Assembly: GCF_006345805.1 (NCBI RefSeq)
Contig: NC_043004.1
Coordinates: 26,598,001 to 26,662,000, forward strand
Length of the DNA stretch: 64,000 nt
From: Octopus sinensis
Lineage: Eukaryota
Reading direction: 5' to 3'
Translations under genes and position numbers: made by a program
In this document: piece after piece, positions 24,860 to 39,607 of the stretch
Layout: each line of letters begins with the position of its first letter
Numbering within the stretch: position 1 is the first letter of the stretch
Notes under the pieces: model-generated
Databases searched by the model: none
What the model saw: the letters and a program-made list of their open reading frames with translations, nothing else
Told to the model about the DNA's origin: nothing

Positions 24860-25830
24860 TTTTTTAGTTGAATGTGATGGATTGGATTTGTAGTCTTCAA
24901 ATCAGCTTTTCCCCTTTCTGGTTTTGAGAAGCCTAATTTTTCAAGATTGGTATTTAGGCAGTGTGATTCATATCCCAGTGCCCCAATAATTACAGGTATA
25001 AACCTGAACTTGGAATCTGGTTAGAGTTACTGCAGATTTCTCAATAGTTCAGCATAGGTATTCTCTTTTACGCTTTATGTTAACATCCACTGGGCAGCTA
25101 ATTTCCACAACCGCACACAATTTCACTTCTCTATCCCAAATCCTTATATCAGGTCTGTTGTGCTTACATTTTATTGAGGTTTGCACTGGGACATTCCACC
25201 TGTACTCCTTTTTATTATGAGTGGCTATGGTTTCTAACATACCATGGGTTCTTATTTCTTTGTCCTCGGGATTATCCTTCTGACGGATTTCATTATAGCA
25301 ACATCAAGTCTCATTGGTAGATAATACTGTGATGACATTTTCGGACAACTGCTTATGATGTGGGTGACATCTCCAGGGTTAACTCCACAAAGTCTGCATC
25401 GGTTGTCACATTTTACTGTTTTCCTTGCATCTCTATCCCTTTTCTGCATCAGATATTTGGTTGAAATTTCCTGTCCCTTGAGTGCAAATGCATAGCCTTC
25501 AAAGTGGGAGGTAGTAGTCTGGTTATTAGTCCATGATAGACTGCTTTGATGATCAATGTTACTATCATCTTGGAGCTTTCTGTTAACATGTTCATGCATA
25601 GTCTTCTGTTCATATATGCTCATCCTTTCATCTGATGATACATTGCAGCAGACTCGTGCAACTTCTTTGGACATGTATTTTAGGTTATCAGATGTACACA
25701 CATCCATATAAGTATGTGTTTGTATGATGATGATAGATTTCCATTGTTTGTCAATGAGGCTGCAGTTGCTCACTCAATTGAATTACATGGTCCTGAATTA
25801 ATTTGTAATTGACTAGGTATGATACAGACA
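24860..25830 (-). mobile_element. Degenerate RLE-type non-LTR element (zinc knuckle plus RLE)
   Basis: FEGYAFALKGQEISTK, CCHC knuckle CRLC....DVTHIISSC, HNRPDIRIWDREVKLCAVVEISCP, FIPVIIGALG. Confidence 0.8.
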
Positions 25831-25914
25831 CATGTCTCCTTTGCATACATGCTGTCAGGTTAAATCAGCATGGCACAGTGTGACAGTGCTTTCAATAGGC
25901 TTCTATACATTTTC

Positions 25915-26148
25915 TTATTTCTTTATTGCCCACAAGGGGCTAAACATCGAGGGGATAAACAAGAACAGACAAAGGGATTAAGTCGATTACATCAACCCCA
26001 GTGTGTAACTGGTACTTAATTTATTGACCCCAAAAGGATCAAAGGCAAAGTCAATCTCGGCAGAATTTGAACTCAGATCGTGGCGGCAGACAAAATACCG
26101 CTAAGCATTTTGCCTGGCGCGCTAACGTTTCTGCCAGCTCACCACCTT
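25915..26148 (-). mobile_element. tRNA-derived SINE, family 1, near full length
   Basis: Homologous to the other family 1 copies. Both the head and the 3' part are present. Confidence 0.8.
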
Positions 26149-27061
26149 CTATACGGTTTCTGTTCACCCTAATTTCACTCACAGGGTTTAGGTTGAACCT
26201 AGTTTATAAGAAATGAAATTTGTCTATGACGCTATGCTCAGAACCTTGTGGTTGAGAAGTGAACTTTTCAGTACTCTGTCTACACAGAGATACTCTCTAA
26301 CTCACATGTGCACATGTAACTCACACTCTCTAACTCACAGAGATACTCTCTAACTTACATGTGCACATGTATTTTCAATGTATATGATGTTTCTTTATGC
26401 CATGCACCTTATATAGTGGTTTGACAAGCAAACATAAATATATACTAGACTAAAATAAGAATTGGAGTTGATCAACTTCAATGTTTGAAGGCGGTGTCCC
26501 AGTGTAGCTGCAACCAGCTGAATGGAACTAGTAAAATAGAAGTTTTGTAGGAGGGAGTTAATTGACTCAATGTTCCATTGGTACGTATTTCATCGGCCTC
26601 AAAATTATAAAAGGCAAATTTGATCTTAGTACAATTTGAACTCAAAACCTAAAACCAGATTGTTGCTAAGCATTTTGTCCAGTGTGTTTACAATTCTGCC
26701 TGATCACTGTTTAAAGCTAAAAACAAAATCCTTTCTATTATTGGCACAGGGCCTAAAATTTTGATTGCATTAACCCTAGTATACAGCTATTACTTATTCC
26801 ATTGACCCTGTAAAGGTGAAAAGTAAAGTCGATCTCAGAATGCAAAGATGGTCAAGATGCCATAAGCGTCATTGACAGTGTATTGCTCAAATTATTCATG
26901 GAATAAATCATGAGAAAAGCTGCCTGATTGCAAATTTCTCCCACACATGAGAACATGAGCAAATAGATGTGAAATCTATAATGATAACTATGACATATTT
27001 GTGTATTCAGTGTTCATATCAAACACACACACACACACACACACACACATGCACATGCATA

Positions 27062-27098
<37 letters not shown>

Positions 27099-29529
27099 AT
27101 GTGTGTGTGGATACATGGGTAAATATTTATTTATTTGGTGAACAATACATCGTTGATTAAACATTTCCAATAGCTCAGTCACTGGTTTATTGTATTTTTG
27201 ATGGAGAGATTGTCAAAAGATTGCTAATATATTGAAAAAGACTGTTTATTGAAAAATATTGTTAATATGTGTAAAAATGCTGCTTGTGGTACTTTTATCC
27301 AAAAATATTTATATTTTTGCTTTCTCATCTTTCACTGATATACATCAGCAATGTATGTACATCATCATAAGCAGACTGTTGCTTTTGAATGATGAAGCAA
27401 CTCATCACTTAAAGCTATGTTACATTATAAGTAGATCGCCTTCCATTGTTTTCTCCCTTAATCTGTTGTGATCTCACTGTAATTACCAATATTCAAACTC
27501 TCCAGATCCTCTTAAATCAGATCCTTGCATCTTAATCCATTTTTAGCTCGATTTAGAAACAGCCTTAGCCACTTGTTATTAGAAAATATAACTTGACAAC
27601 TAAGTTTTCAAAATTCCCTGATGTGCTCAAGCTAGTGGAGGTTTCAACTTATTAATATCTCTTTCATGCTATAAAGCTTAGATTTCTTTAGAATGGTGCT
27701 GTTTGTCTTTTCAGGTGATGTGCATATGTATCAGGTGTATCAACATTAGAACATACATTTTAAATGTGTTTGCAATCTAGTGTCCATGTTTCTGATAAGA
27801 GTATTTTGATCAATAATACTATTGCTCTGTATAATATGTAATTCAAGTGGACCATAGCATTTTATTTGTTTAACTTTCCAAATACTCAGCAGATCTGGTT
27901 CAAACAGCAACCTATTTGTTAATTGTTGCTACCACCACTACAGATTGTATTGCTTAGACACAATACATCATTTGTCTCTACCTATATTTGGTGCTGATGT
28001 TTGCGATAATTATGGTACTGATGGATGGTGAAGGTAGTGATAAGAATATTAGATGATCTTTAACATTTGGCACAAGGTCAGAAACTTTGTGGGAAGTAAA
28101 AAACATCATATCGGCACCAATATATAACAGGTGTCTTGTTGCAACAACCTAGATGTCAGTCTTATCACTTTAGTTTTATTTTCTGTCAAGAACAAGGTAA
28201 AAATCTGGAATAGCTTTGCAGTCTTAAGGTGTTGAAGTCCAAGCTGTCCTCCCATGATCACCTTACCTGACATCATTTTTTGTGATCTCTGCACTTATCA
28301 CTTGCTCACAGAGTTTTATAGAGTAAAAAGAAGATAAGAATTAATACTTGTTCCAATACCTGTTATCTTCACCTTTGTGGTTCATTGACTCATACATTGG
28401 AGTATGACTTAATGACCTGATTTCATGTTGCATGCATGAAATCTGCCTGTTGTCCCACCTTGGCCTCAACCTTGAAGAGCAGTCTGATTGTCTTGCCGGT
28501 TTTTAATTAACCATTGGATACAATGTAGCCCCAAAAATCCCCCAGTACTTCCCTCAGTTAAGTCTTTGAATGGATGGTGGACTCTGCTCCATTTGTGATA
28601 AAGGCATAGGCACACCAGCTTTTTCCTTGGCTGTTCCTGAACAAGTTTCAAGAGGAAAGGCAGAGTTTATTAATTCAGTGTTAGCATTGTTCTTTATGGG
28701 ATTGGAGAGAATTCAGTCCCTGTTCTCTAAATTATCAGGCCAGGGCCACTAATAGACCGTGCAATTATCATGTGTATGTTCTATTTATCAACCAAATGGA
28801 TTGCAAAAGATCACACTACACTGTCAGAACAAAAGTAAATGTCCTTGAGATCCACACCATTTTCTCTAATCATAAGTGGTTTGGCATCAAGAGTCTTTGC
28901 AGAGGTTGAGAGCAACTAGGAAACACGCATGTTACTGCATGCCACAAACAAGCAACACTTGGCAGACTAACATCTCTTTTCCTCTTGCCCCAAGAAAACA
29001 AATGGCTGAGTACATACAGTTAAAGACATGTTATATCACTCTTGCCCACGCAAACTAGAGATGTGAGTAGATTCAGATAAACTCACATCTTGATTTTCCT
29101 TCAAGATCATTTCGTTTCTGACTCTAGAATAAGCCATTAATGATTGTAGAATTTAGACCATATGAGAATTGAACTTTATACCATACATATCTACCAGTGA
29201 ATATCTGAAAACTCCATGTATATGTGTATAGCCTTTTTTTAAAATAAATATATTGCAAAATGTCCATGAGTTTTGTTCCGGTTTACAACATACACAGCCC
29301 AGCCTAATCCATTATAATCTCACATCACAAACCCTGACAAAGCACTCATGGCATTCCTGCTAAAGGTTCGATAGTTTGTTTTTTTTATAATGCTTTTATA
29401 GGATAAAGAGTGTGAGTATCTTGGGATTCTGTTGCTGCTGCTGTTGCTGTTGAGCGAACGGTCTTTGTCCCAGAGCTCACAAGATTGGAGAAGTCCGAAA
29501 TGTGGTCCTTTGCTATTCGTAAGACCCGC

Positions 29530-29817
29530 AGAAGAGAAAGCAGGTCAATCCCCAACACTGAGAGCATCAACGGATGGATGAATGCGCATCCAGGCTCAGC
29601 GGTTGCGTAGGAAGTTGGGGACAAGAAACAAGAAGAAAGAGTGAGAAGAAGTTGGAGCGAAAGAGTACAACAGGTGTCGCCACCCCCCTGCCGGAGCCTT
29701 GTGGAGCTTTTAGGTGTTTTCGCTCAATAAACACACACAACGCCCGGTCTGGGAATTGAAACCGCGATCCTCCGAATGTGAGTCCACTGCCCTAACCATT
29801 GGCCATTGCACCTCCAC
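29530..29817 (-). mobile_element. tRNA-headed SINE, family 3
   Basis: Minus strand GTGGAGGTGCAATGGCCAATGGTTAGGGCAG...GGTTTCAATTCCCAGACC has A/B-box-like motifs. A related head lies at 34170-34335. Confidence 0.65.
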
Positions 29818-30725
29818 TGTTGCTGTTGCTGACATTGAGGGTAATATTAAAGACATCTTCAATGCTGGAAAAGTCCTTATTGTTGTCAACTGAGTACCAA
29901 TGTGTGAAGTATTTTAACCAGGTTTAGATTTTGCAGAAATATTTGGGTAGTTTGGGGTGGGCATAACCTGTTGATTGTTTTGACACTTTGTCACCATACA
30001 ATTAAAATATGACAGTTGCATATTGAACAAAAATTTTCTATTAAAGTATTTCTTAGCTACCTCATAGAGGAGTCAAGAATGTAAACTAGTAACATATACC
30101 TTTGTTATATGCTAGTGCACACATAAAAATAGAAATTTCCAACAATTAAAACCAATTAGAAACCAGTTTGAAAACCCCAACTCACCAGGATCAAAGAGAA
30201 ATACCTTGAAAGTGCAAGAAACAACAACATTAATAATAAGTTCTGATATTGCACAGGGTTGGCAGTTTTTGTGGCGAGGGGCTTTGTTGATACCATCATC
30301 CCCATCACTCCACTGGCAATTTCTCTAAACAATCTTGAGTGGATGATATGCAGAGTGGATTGTGGAAAGATTGGTACTCTGAGTGTAAACAACCAGAATA
30401 AATACTAAAGTGTATTTTGCTTAGCGCTCTGATGATTCAGTCCATTAGTCATTTATAAACAAATGTTCTAATTTTAGGCAAAAAATTTGTTAGTTTTTTT
30501 GAGAGAAAGAGTATAATAGTTTACATTGACCTTAGACTGGTTCTTTATTTTATCGATCCTGGAGGGATGAATGGAAAGATTGTGTCTGGTGGGAGTTGAA
30601 CTCAAAACCTCAAATGATGTGTTTAAATACCTAAAGAAATTTTATACAATGTGCCACAAGGACAGCACATTGTTCTTTTGTTGTGTTTCTGTTTAAATTT
30701 TGGAACTTATTTTATGTATAGCTAT

Positions 30726-30763
<38 letters not shown>

Positions 30764-31534
30764 ATGTGTATCTGTGTGTCTGGATATGTATGAAAGCATG
30801 TACACTAGTGTTTAGGGTGTTTGGTTCAGGGATTCAATTCCTTTTGTAGTTGGCATGTTGTATCCCGAACAAGGCTCACCATTTCCGTTTACTCCCATCT
30901 ACTCAGCCATAAGTGAATACCAATTAAGTGCTGTTGCAGTTCTTTCTTTCCCTCCTTCCCTTCCTCCAATTGTCTCACACACACACACGTACTCTCTCTC
31001 TCTCTCCCCTTCCAGAAGATCACAATATCTAGCATTATAAAAACCTGTAAGACCTCCTTAAGATTTAAAGAATGATGAACAAAATAAGCGGTGTTCCCTT
31101 ACAACCTTTCTACCAAGCAGCTTGCCGCTCAACATTTATTCTAAAGTAAAAAGAGAAAGAGAACTTACATACACTTGTTTATGTCAGATGACTGAGAGAG
31201 GAGTGCTCAATACCTGTTGCAGAGGATATGGTTTTTGTTATTGTATTGAAACGGAAATTGAGAATTTGTCTCGTTACTCATGATTCACATCCCTCTGGTC
31301 TTCAGGTGAGAACTTTTACAACTCAGTATTGGTGTTGTATTTGTAATCATTGGTTGGCTAACCTGTTTACTGATTGGGTGCTGTTTTCTTGACCTCTTCA
31401 TTAGTTGTTTATGCTATTTTTGTGATGCGGAGTTTGCCTTTCTTTCAGTTGTAGGTGGGAAGATATGTTACTAATTTGTGTAGAATTTGTAGGTGAAATG
31501 GTGATAAGGTGTTTTTTTCCTTATGTATGCAAGG

Positions 31535-31885
31535 TGTAGGTATGGCTGTGTGGTAAGAAGCTTGCTTCCCAACCCCATGATTCCAGGTCCCATTCCACCT
31601 CATGGCACCATGGGCAAGTGTCTTCTACTATAGCCTAGGACTGACTAAAGCTTTGTCAATGGATTTGGTAGATGGAAACTGAAAGAAATCTGTTGTATGT
31701 GTGTGTGAGTGTATGTGCATGTGTGTGTGTGTGCATGCGTGTGTGTGCATGCATCTGTGTTTGTTCCCCATCACCTCTTGACTGTTGGTACGCTTATGTC
31801 CCCATAACTTAGCAGTTTGTCAAAAGACACTGATAAAATAAGTACTGGGCTTAAAAAAATAGGTACTGGGCTTGATTCATTAGAT
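31535..31885 (+). mobile_element. tRNA-derived SINE, family 2, with an internal microsatellite
   Basis: The head TGGCTGTGTGGTAAGAAGC and the block GGATTTGGTAGATGGAAACTGAAAGAA are shared with 47512-47925. Confidence 0.75.
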
Positions 31886-32269
31886 AACCTCCACTCAGAA
31901 TTACTTTCATGTTGCAGACAAAAATTTTGAAACATTAGATTTTAAACTAATTGTCTACCCAACTAGGTAAGTTTTCACTAACTAAACAAACACGCACACA
32001 TACACATGTGCATGCACGCTCGAACACACACACACACACACATGCACACACACGTGCACACACACACATCCACTCACTCACTCGCTCTCACACACACATA
32101 CTCATATTCATGAAATATATGGAATTTAAGTCACCAAACATTACAACATTTCTTGATCTTAGTTGTCAGCCTCAGTGGATTTAATAAAATATTCATCCAG
32201 AAGAAATCTCTCAGTTACTTATTTAGTTTGACTTCAGACAAAATTTGCAACCTTTCATAGTGGTGTATC

Positions 32270-33530
32270 CAAGTGTCTGTCTTTGCAGCACCACCAAATG
32301 TAAGTGAGCCATCATCCGTGTGGACACATTTCTCTCCTATGACTTCACAATTCTCTCTTACACACTGTCTTGCAATATGAAACACTTCAAGTCTTTGGTG
32401 CTCATGATGCAGAACATTGGCAAAGTTTTTCTTATCTGCTTCTCCTCTGGCTAAGTAAACGTGTCTCTTAGCTTCCCTCCTGGCGATCTGATACAGTTCC
32501 CTGCTTCCACCGCACTTCCAATCCTTCCCTGCCTGTTTCTTTTCCTTAATGACCCTGAGAACTACATTGTTCCACCACCTTGTTACTTAGGTCAAGAGGG
32601 GACTTTGCATCATCTACAGATTTGATCAGTAGCCCTCAACAGGTTGTCCTGTAGGAACCCCCAGTTATCCTCCACATTATGGGATGCTATATTTTCCTGT
32701 TTTTCATCAAAAGCTTCAAGTAATATGTCTCGAAATCTGTCCATTCACAGGATCTTTAAGCTTTTAGACCCTTCTTTTCCATGCTGGTCGTCTTCTGGGC
32801 AGCCATTTAGCCCTGATTCTGAAGTCAATAACTACTAACCTGTGTTGTGGGGTGCATTCTTCACCAGGAAAGGTTTTGGCATTTATAAGTAGCCATTTTT
32901 CCATTTCTTCATGAGAATGTAGTTAATTTTACTAGTGTGTCCACCAGACTGGTAGGTGAATAGGTGACTGGCAGGTTTCCTGAAGTTAGTATTATAGATC
33001 ATAAGATCATTTGCATCACAGAACTCCAGCAGCCTAGTTCTCTCCTTATTGTGGGAGCCAAATCTGTAGCCACTATGTACACCATGGAAGCTTCCTGGAT
33101 GTTGTCCAACATGCCCATTGAAGTTGCCAGACATAAAGAGAAGTTCCCTGTCATTTGTTGATGAGGTATCATAAAAATGAGGTATCAAGAGGGTATCATA
33201 AAAATGGTCTTTCAGTTAATCAGGTAGCTCTGGTCGAGAGGCATGAGCCAAGATAATGGTTGCTAAACCATGTTGCAGCACTAGTCTAAGCTTAAGTATT
33301 CTATGACAGATTCTGACTACCTTGATTACCTTATCAATCCATTTCTCCGCAAGAAGTATACCCACGCCCCCCAACACCATCAATGTCACCAGACCTACCT
33401 TTGAATGTTCCAACATTAAGTGGGCCAACTCTAAGGGTGTGGAAGGTGTGGGCCGGCGGGACCCTAGGATGGGAGACAGCAGTATCATGCATCTGAAAAG
33501 AAAACTTGCCTTTGGCAGACTCTGTTGTCA
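32270..33530 (-). mobile_element. Degenerate RTE-type LINE, APE endonuclease region
   Basis: LRVGPLNVGTFKGRS, GNFNGHVG, NKERTRLLEFCDANDL..NTNFRK..HLFTYQSGG. Confidence 0.8.
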
Positions 33531-33767
33531 TAAAATAGCCTTCAATCTGTGTACAGTAAACCATAACAGTAATAGGTTATGGTGTCTTAGACTTAACCCA
33601 TAATCAATCCCCTTTAATATTTGTAAAGTTTAATCCTTTTTGTGTTAGAAGAGTACAAAAAATAATTTATATCAATGGTTTTCCTTGATCAAATTTTCCT
33701 ACTATTACTGTTTTTATTAGATAATCACATTATGGAGGCATCTGGCCAATTCACTGTGGTTATTTAC

Positions 33768-34165
33768 TCTTTTACTCTTTTACTTGTTTCAGTCATTTGA
33801 CTGTGGCCATGCTGGAGCACTGCCTTTAGTCGAGCAAATCGACCCCCAGGACTTATTCTTTGGAAGCCTAGTACTTATTCTATCGGTCTCTTTTGCCAAA
33901 CTGCTAAGTTATGGGGACGTAAACACACCACCATCAATTGTCACGCGGCATTGGGAGGGGGACATACACACACACAAACATATATACACATACATATATA
34001 TATACATATATACGACGGGCTCCTTTCAGTTTCCGTCTACCAAATCCACTCACAAGGCTTTGGTTGGCCCAAGGCTATAGTAGAAGACACTTTCCAAAGG
34101 TACCACGCAGTGGGAATGAACCCAGAACCATGTGGCTCGTAAGCAAGCTACTTACCACACAGCCA
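33768..34165 (-). mobile_element. tRNA-derived SINE, family 2, full length
   Basis: Reverse-complement homology to 47512-47925, including the (AGAGTAA)n tail. Confidence 0.8.
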
Positions 34166-34367
34166 CTCCTGCACCTACCGAAAGAGTCAGCAGAAGTTCG
34201 CCATTACCTTCTGCCAGAGCCGGGTAGAGCTTAGGTGATTTGCTCATAAACACACACATCGCCTGGTCTGAGATTCGAACCCGCGATCCCTCAACCGCGA
34301 GTCTGCTTCTCTAACCACTAGGCCATGTGCCCCCACGTAATTATTTATATTCCAATGAACTTTGCTT

Positions 34368-34888
34368 GTGAAGACCTGTTGAGGCAAGTGTAAACAAACC
34401 AAAATTGCAGACGTGACTGATGACTACTGTACTGCCTGATTGGCACTCATGCCAGTGGAATGTTAAAAGCACATCCGAGTATGATCGTTGCCAGGGCCAG
34501 GGATTGGCCAGTGACATGTGAAAAGCGCCATTCGAGCATGATTGTTGCCAGCGCTGGTGGCATGTGAAAAACAACATTTCAGCATGGTGATTGCCAGTGC
34601 CGCCGGACTGGGTCCCGTTCAGGTATCATGTAAAAAAAAAAACCTTTTGAGCACGAGCGTGGTCGTTGCCAGAACTGCCTGACTGGCTTTCGTGCTGGTG
34701 GCACATAAAAAGCACCCACTACACTCTTGGAGTCGTTGGCATTAGGAAGTGCATCCAGCTATAGAAACGTTGCCAGACCAGATTGAGCCTGGTTCAGCCT
34801 TCTGGCTCACCAGTCCTCAGTGAAACCGTCCAACCCATGCCAGCATGGAAAGCTGACGTTAAACGATGATGATGATGAAGATGATGAA

Positions 34889-34920
<32 letters not shown>
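34368..34920 (+). mobile_element. RTE 3' UTR fragment with a (GAT)n tail
   Basis: Same 3' block (AGCACCCACTACACTC...CCAACCCATGCCAGCATGGAAAG...TTAAACGATGATGAT) as 47053-47333 and 55500-55810, where it follows an RTE ORF. Confidence 0.7.
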
Positions 34921-35002
34921 CAGTTGATTGATCAACTGATTCATTATTTCACCAGGGTTAAGCCAAGTGTATAATTTATCAGAAACATGGATTTCCAGCA
35001 TA

Positions 35003-35150
35003 GCTTCTCAACCACATGGTTCCATGTTCAGTCCTGCTTTGTGGCTAGTACCTTGGGCACTTGGGCAGATGTCTTCTGCTATAGCCTCGGGCTGACCAAA
35101 GCCTTGTGAGTGGATTTGGTAGATGGAAACTGAAAGAAGCCTGTTGTATT
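35003..35150 (+). mobile_element. SINE family 2, 5' half; the 3' half is at 39850-40055
   Basis: The head and central block end at AAGAAGCCTGTTG, where the internal TA tract starts. Confidence 0.75.
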
Positions 35151-35171
35151 TATATATACATATATGTATAT

Positions 35172-35625
35172 AGATAAAACTTACTTGGAAGAGGATGCAT
35201 GGCGTTCCATCATATAATAACAAAATAATAAATAAAACATATGCATATATACATACATATATGTACGTACCTATATCTATATGTATATATACATGCATAT
35301 ATGGGTACAGGACACCAGCGGGAAGGACCGTTTCACCGAAGTTGTGTCTCGCCTTTACCTTCGAAACACAGAGTAGACGAAACGGAGGTGGCTGAAGAAG
35401 GGGAATTTTCCTTGTGTTGTATGTCTTGTACCCTGTTTTTTCGTTGTTTAAAAACATGTCCGTTTCAATGGTTCTGCTTTTATGTTTTCATTTCTCATTG
35501 TGTTCGACGTTTTTTTTTGGTGTCCTGTACCCATATATGCATGTATATATACATATAGATGTAGATACGTACATATATGTATGTATATATGCATATGTTT
35601 TATTTATTATTTTGTTATTATATAT
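35172..35625. mobile_element. Family G inverted-arm element (probable PLE pLTR remnant) with tail at the left
   Basis: 35211-35315 is the reverse complement of ~35517-35625. The tail ACTTGGAAGAGGATGCATGGCGTTCCATC is shared with ~22875-22905. Confidence 0.65.
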
Positions 35626-35705
35626 ATATATATATAAAAAAAAGGAAATGAAGAAAATGCTGACAAATAATTGAAGTAATTTAAGTAATTTAATTAGGTG
35701 AAAGT

Positions 35706-35752
35706 TCTTTTTACCGGTTGCGCATTTGTCATGCTTATCAAAATATAAAAGA
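35706..35752 (-). ncRNA. Variant HHR-like motif (U3-A8 core), copy in the inverted pLTR
   Basis: TCTTTT-ATATT-TTGATAA-GCAT-GACAA-ATGC-GCA-ACCGGT-A-AAAAGA. Confidence 0.5.
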
Positions 35753-36147
35753 GAGATTAGAGTCTGTCTCTTATATGTGAAAAAAAGAGGCTCCAGAGTT
35801 GTTTTGGATTTGCTTGGTTTCGCGCCTAAAATTTTGATTGGTCATTATGAAGGGGTCACGTGAATGTTTGAATGGAAGTTGGTGTTGGGGTAAGAAAAAA
35901 GGCTCCAGAGAAGTTAAAATTTGGCTAGTGTCCCGCCTAAAATTTCTTATTGGCCATAATAAAGAGGTCACGTGAATGTTTAGAATTTTCGAAAATAGTG
36001 TTGTTGAAAATTCTTATTGTTCAGGCTGGTCAGTAGACGTCATGTGGATATTTTAAATAGCTTTTTAGCGCGTAGTTAGGGAGTGTATTTTCCGCTTGAC
36101 TGGATAAGTAAGTTCGTTTAGAACAGGGAGAGCTGTATGTATGTATG

Positions 36148-38901
36148 GAGGAACATAAGGAGGAACAAGAACCCTGGAAACTCTCACCACCAGAATTACA
36201 TTAACGAATTTCCCTCTTCAAGGAGACGCTATACACAACAACTCAACAACTACTCGAATACCTTATTAACAAATATAAGAGGATCCCACTACCAGGATAG
36301 ACACAACAACATCCACACCACGAGGGGACAACAAGGTAATTTTCACTTTCTCAACTCTCACAATACACAACAAACCCATACCACTCGATACAAGCACCCA
36401 CGCAGGCCACTCATATCACCACAATCCATCACAACACAAAGAAACACACACCAACACCCGCAATACAGGAACACCCCATTCTATTCACAACCACGAACCC
36501 GAACCATATTTCACAACAAGGAATATAACAAACACACAGGACCTCCTAACACCAACAGACAACCCCTCTACCCCAACCATTTTTTAGACACAGCACACAG
36601 ATACAGGCAAACAAAATAACACAGGACAGGGAAGAGAAACATAAACTAATTAAAGTCATCAATTTAACCAATACAGAACCCAACCCCAACCTTCTCAACT
36701 TACTCTCCAAAGGTCTGAAATTCACACCAACCCCCCCACGTCCAAACTACTACGAAATGAAGGAAGACATTACAGAATTTTGTAGAAAATTGCGACTTAG
36801 TGAGGAACTATTCGACCAGCACAATGAGGATGAGTCACTAGCTAGAAATAAAAGCAACTACACCCCACGAAAAGGTAGAAATAAAATCCTAGACGAATTC
36901 TGTGAGCACATTACAAACTTCCCCTACCAACACTTACACAAACCAAAACCCAAACCAAACCTCAACAAGAAAGAGTGGGAAGAATTAAACAAATTAAAAA
37001 TGAAAGATCTATCACCATTAAAGAGGCCGATAAAGGAAGTGCAGTAGTCTTAATGGAGACAGAATACTATATCAACTTAGCACTCTCCACCTTGGAAAAT
37101 GGAACATATTACGAAAAGGCTGAACACTACAATCAACAGAAAATTATGAGAAACTTAAAAACCCTGATCAACCCCCACAAAGAAGAACTCACTAACAAAG
37201 AATTCAACTTCATCACAAATTTCACTAGTAAAACCAGCCTCTTCTACGGTATTCCCAAAATTCATAAAAGCGAATTAATAAGTAAGGCATGCAAGGAAGC
37301 CACAAACTCTGTAATCAATGTCCCCTCACCAAATGACCTCAAATTGAGACCTATAATAGCAGGTCCCGCTTGCGAAACCCACCGCCTTAGCAACTTCATT
37401 GATACCCTTCTCAAGCCGTTCCTCAAACACATTAAAAGCTACATAAGGGACGATCTAGATATGCTCAACCACCTCCCCAATACACTTCTTGCTGAACAAA
37501 CCCTGCTAGTAACATTCGATGTAGTCAATCTTTACTCCAACATCCCCCACAACCTAGGAATAGAAGCTATCCAATTCTGGCTGGATAATTACTCCAACGA
37601 ACTCCCACACCGCATCAAAAAGGAATTTATTTTAGAAGGACTCAAATTCATCTTAGAAAATAATTTCTTCACCTTCAACAACAAATTCTACAGACAGAAA
37701 TCAGGGACGGCAATGGGAACGAAAACAGCTCCCACTTACGCCAACTTAGTCATGGGATACCTGGAAATCACCCTCTATAATAACGTTCTTAACCAATTTG
37801 GCACCACTCTCCACACACACAGAGAAGAACTGGAAGAGATATCTTGATGACTGCTTCATCCTTTGGCCCGAAACCGTCGAGAAGCTTAACGAATTTCACA
37901 CTCTTATAAATGGGCTCAACACAAACATTATTTTCACAATGGAATACAGCCCTCAACAAATTCCCTTCCTCGACATCCTCATTAAAATTCACAACAAAAA
38001 AATAGAAACAGACATATACTACAAGCCCACAGACTCCAAGCAATACCTCCCTTTCAATTCATGCCACCCTAGACACGTTAAAATTAACATTCCCTACAAC
38101 TTAGCCAAGAGAATTTGCACTATAGTCTCCAATAAAAACACCCGTCTCTTACGTCTACAAGAACTCAAGGGCACATTAACAAGCAGGGATTACCCCACGT
38201 CACTAATTGACAATGGGATCCAACGCGCCCTAAAACTCAGCACGCAGGAACTTAGACGCCCTAAACCTGTTACATCGAAACCCCATACTCTACCATACAT
38301 CTCTACACACAACCCTCTCAACAATGAAGCTTTTGACACCATCCTCCAGAACATTCCTGTATTACAAAAGGACCATAGAATGAACCAAATCCTCCTAACA
38401 CACGAAATCATAAAGAGCAAAAGGCAACCCAAATCATTGAAAACCATCCTAACAAATGCCAAAGTACTGCCAACCACAACAACTAAACCCACAGTAAACA
38501 AATGCAATAGACCCAACTGTGGTATATGCATCAACCTAATAGAAGGTCCGGAATTCCTTTTTAAACAAAGACAATGTTTCACAGTAAAACACAACTTCAC
38601 ATGCGCATCAGAAAACCTAGTATATGTCTTAACTTGCTCGGGCTGTAATGAACACTACATAGGCCAAACAAAAAATAGCCTCCGCCAACGCATGACTGTC
38701 CACAGATCCCAAATAAAAATACAGGAATATAGAAAAATAGCATTTAGTGCACATATTGATACCTGTGCCGCACAACTCCATCCCAATTTTAGAATCTTTC
38801 CCCTCTACAAATTTAAAGACAATGCCACTCATACCCAGCGAATAACCATGGAATCCCACCTTATTAATAAATACAGACCACTTCTAAACACATGCCCCTA
38901 A
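36148..38901 (+). CDS. PLE RT + GIY-YIG polyprotein (Neptune-type), broken by about three frameshifts or stops
   Basis: VINLT..LLSKGLKFTPTP, ADKGS, RPIIAG, FDVVNLYSNI, QKSGTAMGTKTAPTYANL, RYLDD, linker CNRPNCGIC, NLVYVLTCSGCNEHYIGQT..RMTVH, KYRPLLN. Confidence 0.9.
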
Positions 38902-39378
38902 CACGAACCCACAACAAACACACTTACACCTGCACACACCCTACACACACCTTTACCCAGATATTAACACCATGACACACACAAATATATGGTTCCACAC
39001 ATACACATAATTGAATACGGGTGCAAAACATCCAACACTATTTTTTGGAAATGGCTGTAAATATTGACTTCACACAAATACGTTGCTTCCCGATACAGGC
39101 ACAAGGCCAGCAGAACTATAAATATTGAAAATTGTACCCACACACATACACATATATACACGCGCGCGCGCCCCAACATACATATAAACACACACACGCG
39201 CGTGCGCACACACATACATACATACAGCTCTCCCTGTTCTAAACGAACTTACTTATCCAGTCAAGCGGAAAATACACTCCCTAACTACGCGCTAAAAAGC
39301 TATTTAAAATATCCACATGACGTCTACTGACCAGCCTGAACAATAAGAATTTTCAACAACACTATTTTCGAAAATTCT

Positions 39379-39580
39379 AAACATTCACGTGACCTCTTTA
39401 TTATGGCCAATAAGAAATTTTAGGCGGGACACTAGCCAAATTTTAACTTCTCTGGAGCCTTTTTTCTTACCCCAACACCAACTTCCATTCAAACATTCAC
39501 GTGACCCCTTCATAATGACCAATCAAAATTTTAGGCGCGAAACCAAGCAAATCCAAAACAACTCTGGAGCCTCTTTTTTT
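39379..39580 (+). promoter_or_regulatory. Duplicated 112-bp module in the pLTR: E-box CACGTG, CCAAT box and GC/E2F-like box
   Basis: CACGTG at 39386 and 39498; CCAAT at 39407 and 39519 (15-nt spacer in both); TTTTAGGCGGGA and TTTTAGGCGCGAAA. Promoter function is an inference. Confidence 0.45.
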
Positions 39581-39607
39581 CACATATAAGAGACAGACTC
39601 TAATCTC